Part shown: piece by piece, positions 6,536-15,698 of the stretch | Layout of the letters: every line of letters begins with the position of its first letter | Numbering within the stretch: the first letter of the stretch is position 1 | Origin: a virus | Length of the DNA stretch: 64,000 nucleotides | Virus record (IMG/VR): IMGVR_UViG_3300045988_085064 | Strand: one strand, 5' to 3' | Made by a program: the position numbers and the translations under genes | Notes under the pieces: model-generated | What the model saw: the letters and a program-made list of their open reading frames with translations, nothing else | Database searches by the model: none | Told to the model about the DNA's origin: nothing

Positions 6536-7375
6536 ATGAATGAACTGTTTATTATGAGCCTCAAGGCAAAGCATCGTAGCGAAGGCACTGTTCGTGAATA
6601 TACCAAGGCGATTGAGAATTGCATGGCTTATGTCAATAAGCCTGAAGCTGAAATCAAGCCGATTGACCTTGAATTGTGGCAGTCCAGCATGAGCAATCTC
6701 AGCTCTGCATCTGTTGCTCAGAGAACATCTGCGGTCAGAGAATACTTCAAATTCCTTTATCGGAATGAATTCATTAGCCGCAATCCGGCTGAGATGCTTG
6801 AAGCACCGCAGATTAAAAATCGTGAGCAGTCAGCTCTTAATGGTGAACAGGTCAGGGCAATGGTCAATGCGGCAACTAATGAGCGCAATAAAGCAATTAT
6901 TATGATGCTTGCTCAGACTGGTTTGCGTATTCATGAGCTTGCTAATATCACGCTTGAACAGTATGAATCCCGTAGTAATAATGTGCTGGTCATCCGTGGC
7001 AAGGGCGATAAGGATAGGCTGGTTGGTCTGGCAGATGAAACAATCGAGCTGATTGATAACTATATTTCCAATGAGCGCAAAGATGGATGCGAATATCTGT
7101 TCGTAGGCAATCGTGGAAATAAAATGGATGGCAAGAACACCAGCGCCATGCTCAAGGTATGTGCTAGAAAAGCTGGTATTGAAAATTGGGAAGAATTGCA
7201 TATTAGTAATCATACCATGCGCCGCACATTTGCTACTATGATGTCTGAGGCTGATGTACCTATTGAGATCATTAGTAAAGCAATGGGGCATAGTTCAGTT
7301 GCCATTACAGCGAATAGATATATTAAGCGTACAGAGCAGAGAGCAATTAACGCAATGAGCGTTGTTAATTTCTAA
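6536..7375 (+). CDS. tyrosine recombinase/integrase (XerC/D-like)
   Basis: The C-terminal sequence HTMRRTFATMM...MGHSSVAITANRYI carries the R..H..R..Y catalytic pattern. ATG 6536 follows GAAGGAG. Track start 6494 lies upstream of the predicted transcription start. Confidence 0.85.
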   Translation: MNELFIMSLKAKHRSEGTVREYTKAIENCMAYVNKPEAEIKPIDLELWQSSMSNLSSASVAQRTSAVREYFKFLYRNEFISRNPAEMLEAPQIKNREQSALNGEQVRAMVNAATNERNKAIIMMLAQTGLRIHELANITLEQYESRSNNVLVIRGKGDKDRLVGLADETIELIDNYISNERKDGCEYLFVGNRGNKMDGKNTSAMLKVCARKAGIENWEELHISNHTMRRTFATMMSEADVPIEIISKAMGHSSVAITANRYIKRTEQRAINAMSVVNF

Positions 7376-7403
7376 AATAAAAAATACAAGGAGGACAAAA
7401 ATA

Positions 7404-7898
7404 ATGTTTGAGTACAAATTCTTTACTGGTAACACTGCTCCGAAATATGTGGAGGGAGATTATTTGCTTACTGTAAAGGGAAATGTGATGGAAATGAAAA
7501 AGGTAGGTGAAGCAAATACCGTTAAGGTGTCTTCTATTTGTAAAGAGGGAGACACTTGGAGCCTTCAGGGTGGAATTGAAGACTGTCTTTCTAAGGTTCC
7601 AGAAAGCACCAGAATCAATGTTGGCGATACAGTCAAATTCAAGAATGACATGAATAATTTTTTCTCTTGGCGCGAAACGGCAGAGATGAGAGAATTTATC
7701 GAGAAAGAAAATATGCTCATGAAGTATGTTCTTAGTGCTGTTGAAACTGAACGAGCAATTGAAAATCTTGAAACATTTAAATATGTGCGCGATATGAGTT
7801 TTGTAGTGCTTTATATTGATTCCCGGTTTGCTTATATTTACGAAGGCCAGACTGGCTATGGGCTGTTTGTTGAAACAAAGGATATTAAGCGCGTATGA
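7404..7898 (+). CDS. hypothetical protein
   Basis: ATG 7404 follows AAGGAGG. 164 aa. Confidence 0.55.
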   Translation: MFEYKFFTGNTAPKYVEGDYLLTVKGNVMEMKKVGEANTVKVSSICKEGDTWSLQGGIEDCLSKVPESTRINVGDTVKFKNDMNNFFSWRETAEMREFIEKENMLMKYVLSAVETERAIENLETFKYVRDMSFVVLYIDSRFAYIYEGQTGYGLFVETKDIKRV

Positions 7899-8179
7899 TT
7901 TGTCAATATGATATTATAGAGGCTATGAAAGATTATTTCAAGGCTGATGAGGAGATTTTCGTAGAGGCGCTTATATATCTGCTAAAGAGCTGCGATCCAG
8001 TGCATGGCATATGGATCAAAGGTGAAATTGCTCATGAGCTAAGAATGATGGGCCGTTGCCCCAAGTGCGGTGCTAAACTTGAGCGAATTAAGACTTATGA
8101 ACCACATACTGAGTTGGATGATTGCCCATATGAAATTATTGTTGAGGATTGTTGTCCAAAATGCGATTGGAGGGAATGA
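7895..8179 (+). CDS. zinc-ribbon protein
   Basis: Two CxxC pairs (CPKCG...CCPKC). ATGA overlap with the upstream gene. Confidence 0.5.
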   Translation: MICQYDIIEAMKDYFKADEEIFVEALIYLLKSCDPVHGIWIKGEIAHELRMMGRCPKCGAKLERIKTYEPHTELDDCPYEIIVEDCCPKCDWRE

Positions 8180-8406
8180 TGGATAAAAACGAAGATTTTA
8201 ACAAAGTGCTAGAAGATAAGCTAAAGATGGAATTTGAGCGGCATTTTAATCGTGGACTAATAGCAGGTTGGGATGCTTGTATCTATGAAATTAGTAAACA
8301 GATTGCACCACTAACATCAGCTAAGTCCATAAAAGACCTAATTAAATCCAAGATGGGCGAGGCTGACAAGCGGAGAAATCGAGGTGATGCTAATGCGACC
8401 AATTGA
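8176..8406 (+). CDS. hypothetical protein
   Basis: ORF overlapping the upstream stop. The exact start (8161, 8176 or 8179) is uncertain. Confidence 0.45.
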   Translation: MMDKNEDFNKVLEDKLKMEFERHFNRGLIAGWDACIYEISKQIAPLTSAKSIKDLIKSKMGEADKRRNRGDANATN

Positions 8407-8647
8407 TGCTGACGAATTAGAGCAAATCCTCGTTAAAGATTTTGAATTTTATCCAGCAATTGTTCGCCGCGCCATTCAACGATGTAAGACTCTTGATATT
8501 CCAAATATTGTAAGATGTCGTAATTGCAAGTATTGTAAGCAAAATCTATTTATGGGGAACTATTGGTGTAATAAGTTTGTTGGTAAAATTAGTGTTTGTA
8601 ACCCAGATGGATTTTGTGAATATGGAGAAATGAAGAATGGATGGTAA
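8393..8647 (+). CDS. Cys-rich hypothetical protein
   Basis: ATG 8393 is 6 nt after GAGGTG. Confidence 0.5.
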   Translation: MRPIDADELEQILVKDFEFYPAIVRRAIQRCKTLDIPNIVRCRNCKYCKQNLFMGNYWCNKFVGKISVCNPDGFCEYGEMKNGW

Positions 8648-8903
8648 GGACCGTCTAACCCCGCTATGGATTGCAGGAGGCGCAGTCCTATTTGTAAGCT
8701 CACTGTTGCCTCTGTGCGGCTCGATTGTAGACTTTGTACAGTCAGTTATCAATGCTAAGATTAACCGTATGTCGTTTGAACTAGAGCTTGACAAGGCAGA
8801 ACATGAAGCTGCTGCTGAAAAGATTGCGCCTAGCCCTGCTATCACCCAAGCTATTGGGTTTAGCTTGCCGCCTGAGCCTGAATATGAGGAGGGACATGAA
8901 TGA
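8637..8903 (+). CDS. membrane protein
   Basis: N-terminal TM helix LWIAGGAVLFVSSLLPL. Confidence 0.45.
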   Translation: MDGKDRLTPLWIAGGAVLFVSSLLPLCGSIVDFVQSVINAKINRMSFELELDKAEHEAAAEKIAPSPAITQAIGFSLPPEPEYEEGHE

Positions 8904-9094
8904 GCCGTAGACCTAATCACGTCTATGACATTCCTTGTATGCGATGCGATTGTCAAACAGATTGTGACAAATATGTAAAAATCGACCCACGCATGACCGC
9001 ACAGAGAGATAAAATGTGGAATGACGCAGATTTGAATTGTATGGATTGTGTACTGAGAAATGTGCTAAAAATGAGGAAGGAGTCGGCTAATTGA
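8900..9094 (+). CDS. Cys-rich hypothetical protein
   Basis: 64-aa ORF coupled to its neighbours. Confidence 0.45.
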   Translation: MSRRPNHVYDIPCMRCDCQTDCDKYVKIDPRMTAQRDKMWNDADLNCMDCVLRNVLKMRKESAN

Positions 9095-10464
9095 CAGATA
9101 AAGGCTGTAAAAAGCCATATATTCATTTCTTGTCAAATGCCGCAGTTGACGTAACTGGCTCTTGTCATCATGTGCGATTCAAAAAATATAGCATCCTCCT
9201 AGATTGTGGCATGATACAGGGGATGGGAGATATTGTATCTAACTATAAGGCTAATCTTGCACAACTAAAAAAGATTAAACCAAGGGATGTAGATTTTATT
9301 GTATTGGGGCATAGCCATTTAGATCATATTGGGCTTGTTCCTGCATTATATGCTAAAGGATGCAATGCGCATCTCTATGTGCCATCTGGCTCTACTAATT
9401 TTCTCAAATTGTTATGGGAAGATAGCCTAAAAATCATGCGATCTGATTGTCTGAAAATTCAGAATAAGCACGGACAGAAAGCTGCGCCATTCTATGACGA
9501 ACAAGCTATTGAACGTGCGCTTAATCGCATTATAGAGATTGATTATAACATACCAATCTCGCTTGCACCAGACATTAAATTGACATATTATCCAGCCGGT
9601 CATATTATCAATTCGGCGCAATGCGTACTTGAGCTAAAAGATGGATATGTGACTAAGCGCATTGGTTTCACTAGTGATATTGGTGGTGTATCTGAAAAAC
9701 CGTACAAAGCGCGTAGACAGCCGTTGCCATTTGTTGATGTTCTTATCTCTGAATGCACATATTGCCAACAGGGGCGACCCAACAGCCACAAGGATAGAGA
9801 TAAGGATATTGAGAAGATTAAGACGGTTATTGCTGAATCCAATAAAATACTAATCCCATGTTTTTCTCTTGACCGAACACAATCTATGTTGCGCCTATTA
9901 CATGATAAGGGTATTGATAAGCAAATCAAAATTTATCTTGATTCCCCTCTTGCATCTAAATTCTGTGCAATCTGGCCGTGGGAAGAAGATGAAATTGAGA
10001 ATGTGCGAATTGTTGAATCTCAAGAAGAATCAGTTAATCTACAAATGCGAAATGAGCATTGCTTAATCATAAGTGCATCAGGCTTCCTTGTCGGAGGCCG
10101 GATTATGAGTCATCTAAAAACGGCTCTGCCTGATAGTTGCAATCATATCTTATTCTGCGGCTTTGCTGGGGAAAATGGACTTGCGTCTCAAATTAAATCC
10201 AATATGCCAGAGGTCAATATTGATGGCGTGAATGTAGCGAACAAAGCCAATATCACAGAACTGCGCTCATTTAGTAGCCATGCTAGTTATGAAGAATTGA
10301 TTGACTACTTAACAAATCAATGCCGTTTCAATAAACTATGCTTAGTGCATGGGAACTATGAGAACAAAGTAGAATTTTCTCATACATTACAAGATGAGCT
10401 AATAAAACAAGGTAAATCAAGTAGAGTAGTATGCACTCAACAAGATCAGCGAATTTATTTGTAA
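9091..10464 (+). CDS. MBL-fold / beta-CASP-type metallo-nuclease
   Basis: HxHxDH motif (LGHSHLDHIGLVP). 457 aa, a length typical of RNase J/CPSF/SNM1-like enzymes. TTG start. Confidence 0.8.
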   Translation: MTDKGCKKPYIHFLSNAAVDVTGSCHHVRFKKYSILLDCGMIQGMGDIVSNYKANLAQLKKIKPRDVDFIVLGHSHLDHIGLVPALYAKGCNAHLYVPSGSTNFLKLLWEDSLKIMRSDCLKIQNKHGQKAAPFYDEQAIERALNRIIEIDYNIPISLAPDIKLTYYPAGHIINSAQCVLELKDGYVTKRIGFTSDIGGVSEKPYKARRQPLPFVDVLISECTYCQQGRPNSHKDRDKDIEKIKTVIAESNKILIPCFSLDRTQSMLRLLHDKGIDKQIKIYLDSPLASKFCAIWPWEEDEIENVRIVESQEESVNLQMRNEHCLIISASGFLVGGRIMSHLKTALPDSCNHILFCGFAGENGLASQIKSNMPEVNIDGVNVANKANITELRSFSSHASYEELIDYLTNQCRFNKLCLVHGNYENKVEFSHTLQDELIKQGKSSRVVCTQQDQRIYL

Positions 10465-10480
10465 AATTAAATAAACCCTC

Positions 10481-10509
10481 TTGACAACCGCTCTAATCTA
10501 TGATATAAT
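10481..10509 (+). promoter_or_regulatory. consensus promoter (P6) with SD-complementary spacer
   Basis: TTGACA 10481-10486, 17-nt spacer, TGaTATAAT. Positions 10484-10493 are complementary to 10528-10537. Confidence 0.65.
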
Positions 10510-10520
10510 CCAAGTATCAA

Positions 10521-10826
10521 ATGAAAGGGGCGGTTGTTATTATAAAATTCTGTTTGAACATCACGTCGATTGGTTATCCATTTTATGTAGAGGCGATTAA
10601 CAAGTATCCTTGTCTTGTGGATGAAAAGTATAAGATGTCCACGACGCGAGTATGGAACAAGGACAAAAGCATTGTGCAGAATATTACATATATTGACATT
10701 TCATCTATAGCTAAACTAAAAGAACTGATTGATGAAACAGGACATGATGTTATAATTGCACCACCACGCAAGTGGCGCGACAAGAAGCATTATGAGCTTG
10801 AAATTTATGATGATTATAGGGAGTAA
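10521..10826 (+). CDS. hypothetical protein (ends ...YELEIYDDYRE)
   Basis: 101-aa ORF. The start is uncertain: ATG 10521 would be almost leaderless from P6, and an in-frame ATT at 10539 follows a GGGG-rich SD-like site. Confidence 0.5.
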   Translation: MKGAVVIIKFCLNITSIGYPFYVEAINKYPCLVDEKYKMSTTRVWNKDKSIVQNITYIDISSIAKLKELIDETGHDVIIAPPRKWRDKKHYELEIYDDYRE

Positions 10827-10832
10827 GTAATT

Positions 10833-11475
10833 ATGACCACTAAAAAATTGTATGACATTATCAAAGCATGGCGTGATTCCTGTGATACTGCCGGGTTGTA
10901 TCTAATTGTCAAGGATATGGATACTACACTGAAGCAGCTTGAATCTGATATGCTCATTGAGCAATCAAAGAAATCTGGTACTAAATCCATTGTGACTGCG
11001 GCGAATAGGATTATTAAAAAACGCTGAATCGCGCAATAAGCCTATGCTTGAAGGTATGTTTACCAATCAGACAAGAGATGGATTAACGCTATATTGTGTA
11101 TGTGATAGCTTTGTAGCTATTAGATTCAACGAAAAGCCGCTCCTGCCTGAGATTGATGAAAAATATCACGGATAGGAAATGCAGCTTGAACAGATTGTTA
11201 AGTTTATGGACGGCTCTAAGGAAATTAAGCTGCCTAATATTGGCGAACTCAAGGTATATATCAAGACGCATAAAATTAAAGAAAAGGATAATCCTAAGAA
11301 AGTGGCTGATTATCTGCTTGATGAGGAATTAAATCTGTAGATAAATCCACAGTATTTACTTAATACTATGGAATGTCTGCCTGATTGTAAGGCGTATGCG
11401 GCAAATAGAATCAGTCCGATTTATTTCAAGGCAGAAAATGGTGATGGCGTGGTTATGCCGGTAAATCATCAATAA
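10833..11475 (+). pseudogene. sliding-clamp-like gene, disrupted or recoded (one frame change at an A6 tract, two in-frame TAG)
   Basis: Frame 0 runs 10833-11027. Frame +1 is open from 10996 to TAA 11473-11475 except for TAG codons at 11173 and 11338. Motifs KPMLEGMF...LYCVCDSFVAIRF and NPQYLLNTME...SPIYFKAENGDGVVMPV recall DnaN-type clamps (recalled from memory). Confidence 0.4.
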
Positions 11476-11489
11476 GGAGGAATAAAAAG

Positions 11490-11810
11490 ATGGAATATAA
11501 TATTGGAGACATCATAAAGTTCAAAAATGAAGCCGGTGTATTTCAGGTTGAGATTAAGAGTGAGATTCCAACAATAGATGCTATTCAAGGATTTGCTGAC
11601 GATATGATTTTTGAAGGCAAAATGCGGTTTGAAGTACACCACAGAGACTATGGAGAATATATTATTACCATGACAAGCCGTGAAGAATCCAATGATACGG
11701 GTAAAATTATCGTATGTTTGCTTGATACTTGTAATGATGAGGTTGAATATTATCTTGGACAGATTATTCAGTATGAAGATGAAGAAGATGTATTTGAGTT
11801 GATGAAGTGA
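11490..11810 (+). CDS. hypothetical protein
   Basis: 106-aa ORF with a TAAGGAGGA SD. Confidence 0.5.
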   Translation: MEYNIGDIIKFKNEAGVFQVEIKSEIPTIDAIQGFADDMIFEGKMRFEVHHRDYGEYIITMTSREESNDTGKIIVCLLDTCNDEVEYYLGQIIQYEDEEDVFELMK

Positions 11811-14800
11811 TGAATACAAACTATACAATCCTTCACCTTCATTCTATGCTATCTAATGGCGTAACCAACATAGATTCTGTGACGCGCTACGACCAATATA
11901 TAGACCGCGCCGCAGAGTTAGGGATGAAGGCAATAGCATTTTCTGAACACGGGTCAATTTTTCAATGGGTAAAGAAAAAATTGCATACTGAAGAAATGGG
12001 TATGAAATATATCCATGCTCAAGAATTTTATCTAACTCAGACCTTGGATGAAAAAATCCGTGATAATTACCACTGTCTGTTAATTGCTAAAAATTATGAT
12101 GGCATATTAGAGCTGAACAAGTTATCAAGTAAGGCATTTAACCGTGACGATAATTCATTTTATTATGTACCGCGAATCACGATTGATGACGTAAAGAATA
12201 CCAGTGATAATATCATTGTATCTACAGCTTGTCTTGGCGGCGTATTGAACAAAGCACCAGATGATGTTCGATGGGATTTCTACCATTGGCTATGTGAGCA
12301 TAGAGACAGATGTTTTCTTGAGATTCAGCCCCATCTTGACCCCGCTCAAAAGAGCTATAACAACACGCTATGGGCACTATCTAAACAAAGCGGCTTGCGG
12401 CTATTGATGTGTACTGATACTCATGCGCTCAATTCTACTCATGTAGATGGGCGACGCATCCTACAAAAAGCCAAGAATATTCATTTTGACGGTGAAGATA
12501 AATTTCATCTTGAAATGATGAGCTATGATGAGTTAGTGCAACTATGCTGCATGCAAGACGCGCTACCTATAGATGTGTACTTGGATGCTATTGAGATGAC
12601 AAACACGGTAGCAGATATGATTGAACCGTTTGAGCTTGATTATAGCTATAAATATCCTCATCTATGGGGTGATGATAGTGAGGCTGTGCTTAGAGATAAG
12701 ATCGCAGACGGTATTATGTGGCGCGGTGTTGATAAGCTGCCTAATTATCAAGAATACCTAGATCGCATCGAATACGAGATGAAAGCATATATCCATAATA
12801 GCGCGATTGACTTTATGTTGCTCATGGAGGACATCATAGCATGGTGCAAGACACAGGGTATTCTTGTGGGATATGGGCGCGGCTCATGTAATGGCTCAGT
12901 CATTGCTTATCTGCTTGGAATTACTGAGATGGATAGCATCAAGCACGGGCTTAATTTTGAGCGATTCATGAATACGGAGCGTGTATCACTGTCTGATATT
13001 GATACAGATTTTCCTCCTAGTAGAATCAATGAGGTCAAGCAATATATATTTAACAAACACGGATTACACTGTTCTGACATTGTAACATTTAATACGATTG
13101 CTCTGAAGGGCGCTATTCGTGATGTTGGTAGAGCGTTGGAAATGCCACTTGATGAAGTAGGGCAAATCTGTAATACCGTAGAACAAGATGAGCACAAATG
13201 CCGCACTAAATATCCAGAGCTATTCAAATATGTCGATATTGTAAATGGTTGCGTTGTATCAGTTGGCAATCATCCTTGCGGCTTAGTTGTATCACCTCAT
13301 TCTATTGATGACCGTATGGGGCTATTCACCACATCAACAGACGATGTTCCAATCAGTCAAATTAATATGAAAGAGGTTGATTTGCAGAATTATGTCAAGC
13401 TAGATTTACTCAAACTAGACACCATTGAACTAATCAACGAGACGTGTAAATTAGCTGGTATTGAGCGCCTAACACCTGACAATGTTGATATAAATGATAA
13501 AGTCGTGTGGGATAGCATTAGAGATGATACTACGGCTATATTCCAGTGGGAAGGCATGACTGGCGATAGATATATCAAGCAACTCTTGTCTGAATCTAAT
13601 ATTCAGAAATTCAAGGCATTGAACCCAAATATTGACTATATGACATTGCTATCAATCGGTAATGGCGCAATTCGTCCTGCCGGTGCATCATATCGTGATG
13701 ACCTTGCTAATGGTGTTATCCGCAAATCTGGAAATGCGGCGATTGATGAATTTATGAAGCCGACATTTGGCTATCTTGTATTCCAGTGTCAAATTATTCA
13801 ATTCTTACATGAATATTGTGGCTATACTATGGGCGAAGCCGATGTTGTGCGCCGCCATTTTGCTAAAAAGACTGGTACAGACAAGGATATACCACAAATC
13901 AAGGCTGGTTTTGCTGAGACAATGGCAGAGCGATATAATATGAGCCAAGATGAATCAGATAAGGTTATAGCTGATTTTATCCAAGTCATTATCGACGCTA
14001 GTAATTATCTGTTCTCTCTAAATCATAGTCAGCCATATAGCTATGAGGGATATGTATCAGGTTGGCTTAGATACCACTATCCACTTCAATTCCTTACGGT
14101 TGCTATGAATATCAATCAAGGTAAAGAGGAAAAGACGGCGGCACTAACGGCATATGCTCATAAAGTCGGCATTAAAATTAAATCTCCTAAATTTCGTCAT
14201 TCTCGCTCAGATTATTTTTACGATATAAACGAAAATACAATCTATAAGGGGCTTGGCTCAATCAAGTATATGAGCACCGATGTAGCCGAGGCATTATATG
14301 GTATGCGCGATATGCAGTTTAAGAATTTTATTGATGTGCTATTTGCTATTCAACAGCTCAACTCTAAACCAGATGCGCGGCAACTTGATATTCTAGTTAA
14401 AATTGGTTATTTTGCAGAATTTGGACCAGCCAAGGCACTATTGCTAGGTATTGAGATTTTTAATAAATTTTCAAAATGCAAGACAATTAAACTTGACAAA
14501 TGGGTTGGAATGGGTTATAATGTAGATATGCTCAAGCCGTATGCTGGTAATCTAACAGAGAAAACAGCTAGTCAACTTGATAATCGCGGCATCATATTAT
14601 CGATTCTGCGCTCAATGAAAATGCCAAAGACAACTATTGCTGATAAACTGAAATGGCAGATTGAGTTATTAGGCTATGTGGATGGCAACGACCCCAATTC
14701 AGACCTTAATGATTGGCTAGTGCTAGATGTTAAGACAACAGGATATGGTACGATTTATTGTATGCTTTATAACCTATGCTATGGCGCAGAACGCACATAT

Positions 14801-14968
14801 CGAGCTAATAAGAAATTCTGGACAAATCATCAATTATCAAAGGGTGATGCAATTAGAGTTGTATTGCAAGAGAAAAATAAAATGAAAAAGGATGAAAATG
14901 GTGAATGGGTAACATTATCGGAAACGTATCAGGAGATGAAAGTGTGGAAGAAGCATGAAGAAATGTAA
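11807..14968 (+). CDS. dnaE: DNA polymerase III alpha subunit (DnaE-type, N-terminal PHP domain)
   Basis: 1053 aa. PHP motif ILHLHSMLSNG...AFSEHGS, and GYGRGSCNGSVIAYLLGIT typical of Pol IIIalpha. Confidence 0.9.
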   Translation: MMNTNYTILHLHSMLSNGVTNIDSVTRYDQYIDRAAELGMKAIAFSEHGSIFQWVKKKLHTEEMGMKYIHAQEFYLTQTLDEKIRDNYHCLLIAKNYDGILELNKLSSKAFNRDDNSFYYVPRITIDDVKNTSDNIIVSTACLGGVLNKAPDDVRWDFYHWLCEHRDRCFLEIQPHLDPAQKSYNNTLWALSKQSGLRLLMCTDTHALNSTHVDGRRILQKAKNIHFDGEDKFHLEMMSYDELVQLCCMQDALPIDVYLDAIEMTNTVADMIEPFELDYSYKYPHLWGDDSEAVLRDKIADGIMWRGVDKLPNYQEYLDRIEYEMKAYIHNSAIDFMLLMEDIIAWCKTQGILVGYGRGSCNGSVIAYLLGITEMDSIKHGLNFERFMNTERVSLSDIDTDFPPSRINEVKQYIFNKHGLHCSDIVTFNTIALKGAIRDVGRALEMPLDEVGQICNTVEQDEHKCRTKYPELFKYVDIVNGCVVSVGNHPCGLVVSPHSIDDRMGLFTTSTDDVPISQINMKEVDLQNYVKLDLLKLDTIELINETCKLAGIERLTPDNVDINDKVVWDSIRDDTTAIFQWEGMTGDRYIKQLLSESNIQKFKALNPNIDYMTLLSIGNGAIRPAGASYRDDLANGVIRKSGNAAIDEFMKPTFGYLVFQCQIIQFLHEYCGYTMGEADVVRRHFAKKTGTDKDIPQIKAGFAETMAERYNMSQDESDKVIADFIQVIIDASNYLFSLNHSQPYSYEGYVSGWLRYHYPLQFLTVAMNINQGKEEKTAALTAYAHKVGIKIKSPKFRHSRSDYFYDINENTIYKGLGSIKYMSTDVAEALYGMRDMQFKNFIDVLFAIQQLNSKPDARQLDILVKIGYFAEFGPAKALLLGIEIFNKFSKCKTIKLDKWVGMGYNVDMLKPYAGNLTEKTASQLDNRGIILSILRSMKMPKTTIADKLKWQIELLGYVDGNDPNSDLNDWLVLDVKTTGYGTIYCMLYNLCYGAERTYRANKKFWTNHQLSKGDAIRVVLQEKNKMKKDENGEWVTLSETYQEMKVWKKHEEM
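14493..14521 (+). promoter_or_regulatory. perfect consensus promoter inside the dnaE coding sequence (P7)
   Basis: TTGACA 14493-14498, 17-nt spacer, TATAAT 14516-14521. No TG extension. Confidence 0.4.
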
Positions 14969-15161
14969 AGGATTCTGTGCAAATGAATGTGTGACCGGAT
15001 ATTGCCCGATTGCGCTTGATAGGAAATACGATTGGTATAGTGATATGGGATATGATGTGCCAAAGAACTGCAAAGAATGTTACTACAATACATTTAATTG
15101 TGCAGATTGCATTTTCCAAAAATCAAAATATTGTATAAAATTAGAGGGGGGCGTAAAATAA
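14955..15161 (+). CDS. Cys-rich hypothetical protein
   Basis: 68-aa ORF overlapping the dnaE end. Confidence 0.5.
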   Translation: MKKCKGFCANECVTGYCPIALDRKYDWYSDMGYDVPKNCKECYYNTFNCADCIFQKSKYCIKLEGGVK

Positions 15162-15520
15162 TGGATGCTGTTGAATTTTTGAAACAGCTTAATTGAATGT
15201 GTAAAGCATACAACGATGATGGATGTAAGGAATGTCCTGCTTATGGGTATCGTTGCGGAGAAGAATTTGATGGACAAGAAGAAGATGGTGTTTTTATTGT
15301 AGAACAATGGGCAAAAGAATACCCGGTCAAAACGAGGCAGAGCGAATTGCTCAAGCTATTTCCTAAAGCTAATATGCTATATGATGGATATCTAAGTATT
15401 TGCCCAGCTCAAATTTCAAGTGAATATCGTGATAAGGAAACTGGTGGATGTGGATGTCGTACCCCCGGAATAGGTTGTGATAAATGCAAACGTAATTTTT
15501 GGCTAAAAGAAATTCAATGA
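15161..15520 (+). CDS. Cys-rich protein with in-frame TGA at codon 12
   Basis: A GAGGGGGG SD precedes ATG 15161 (TAATG coupling). The sequence reads MDAVEFLKQLN-TGA-MCKAYNDDGCKECP... in one frame. No SD precedes ATG 15197. Confidence 0.45.
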
Positions 15521-15525
15521 GGTGA

Positions 15526-15690
15526 ATGATGACCAATCAAGAAGCTTCCACATTGATAGTTAAGGAATATGGTAATTATAGAGGACTTTGCATTGAATAC
15601 AAACAATTTTCTTATATCAACCCAAATCTATCTGAAGCTATTGCTATGGCTGTAGCAGCATTAAGTAAAGAAAATAATAAGGAGGATTAA
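15526..15690 (+). CDS. hypothetical protein (54 aa)
   Basis: TGAGGTGA SD, then ATG 15526. Below the track cutoff. Confidence 0.35.
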   Translation: MMTNQEASTLIVKEYGNYRGLCIEYKQFSYINPNLSEAIAMAVAALSKENNKED

Positions 15691-15698
15691 GTAAGTAA

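Noticed and set aside
8546-8956. A 136-aa minus-strand ORF, and similar antisense ORFs within plus-strand genes (for example 6830-7291, 12907-13269, 23049-23507 and 29385-29705).
   Set aside because: They lie fully inside well-supported genes on the other strand. They have no SD and odd composition.
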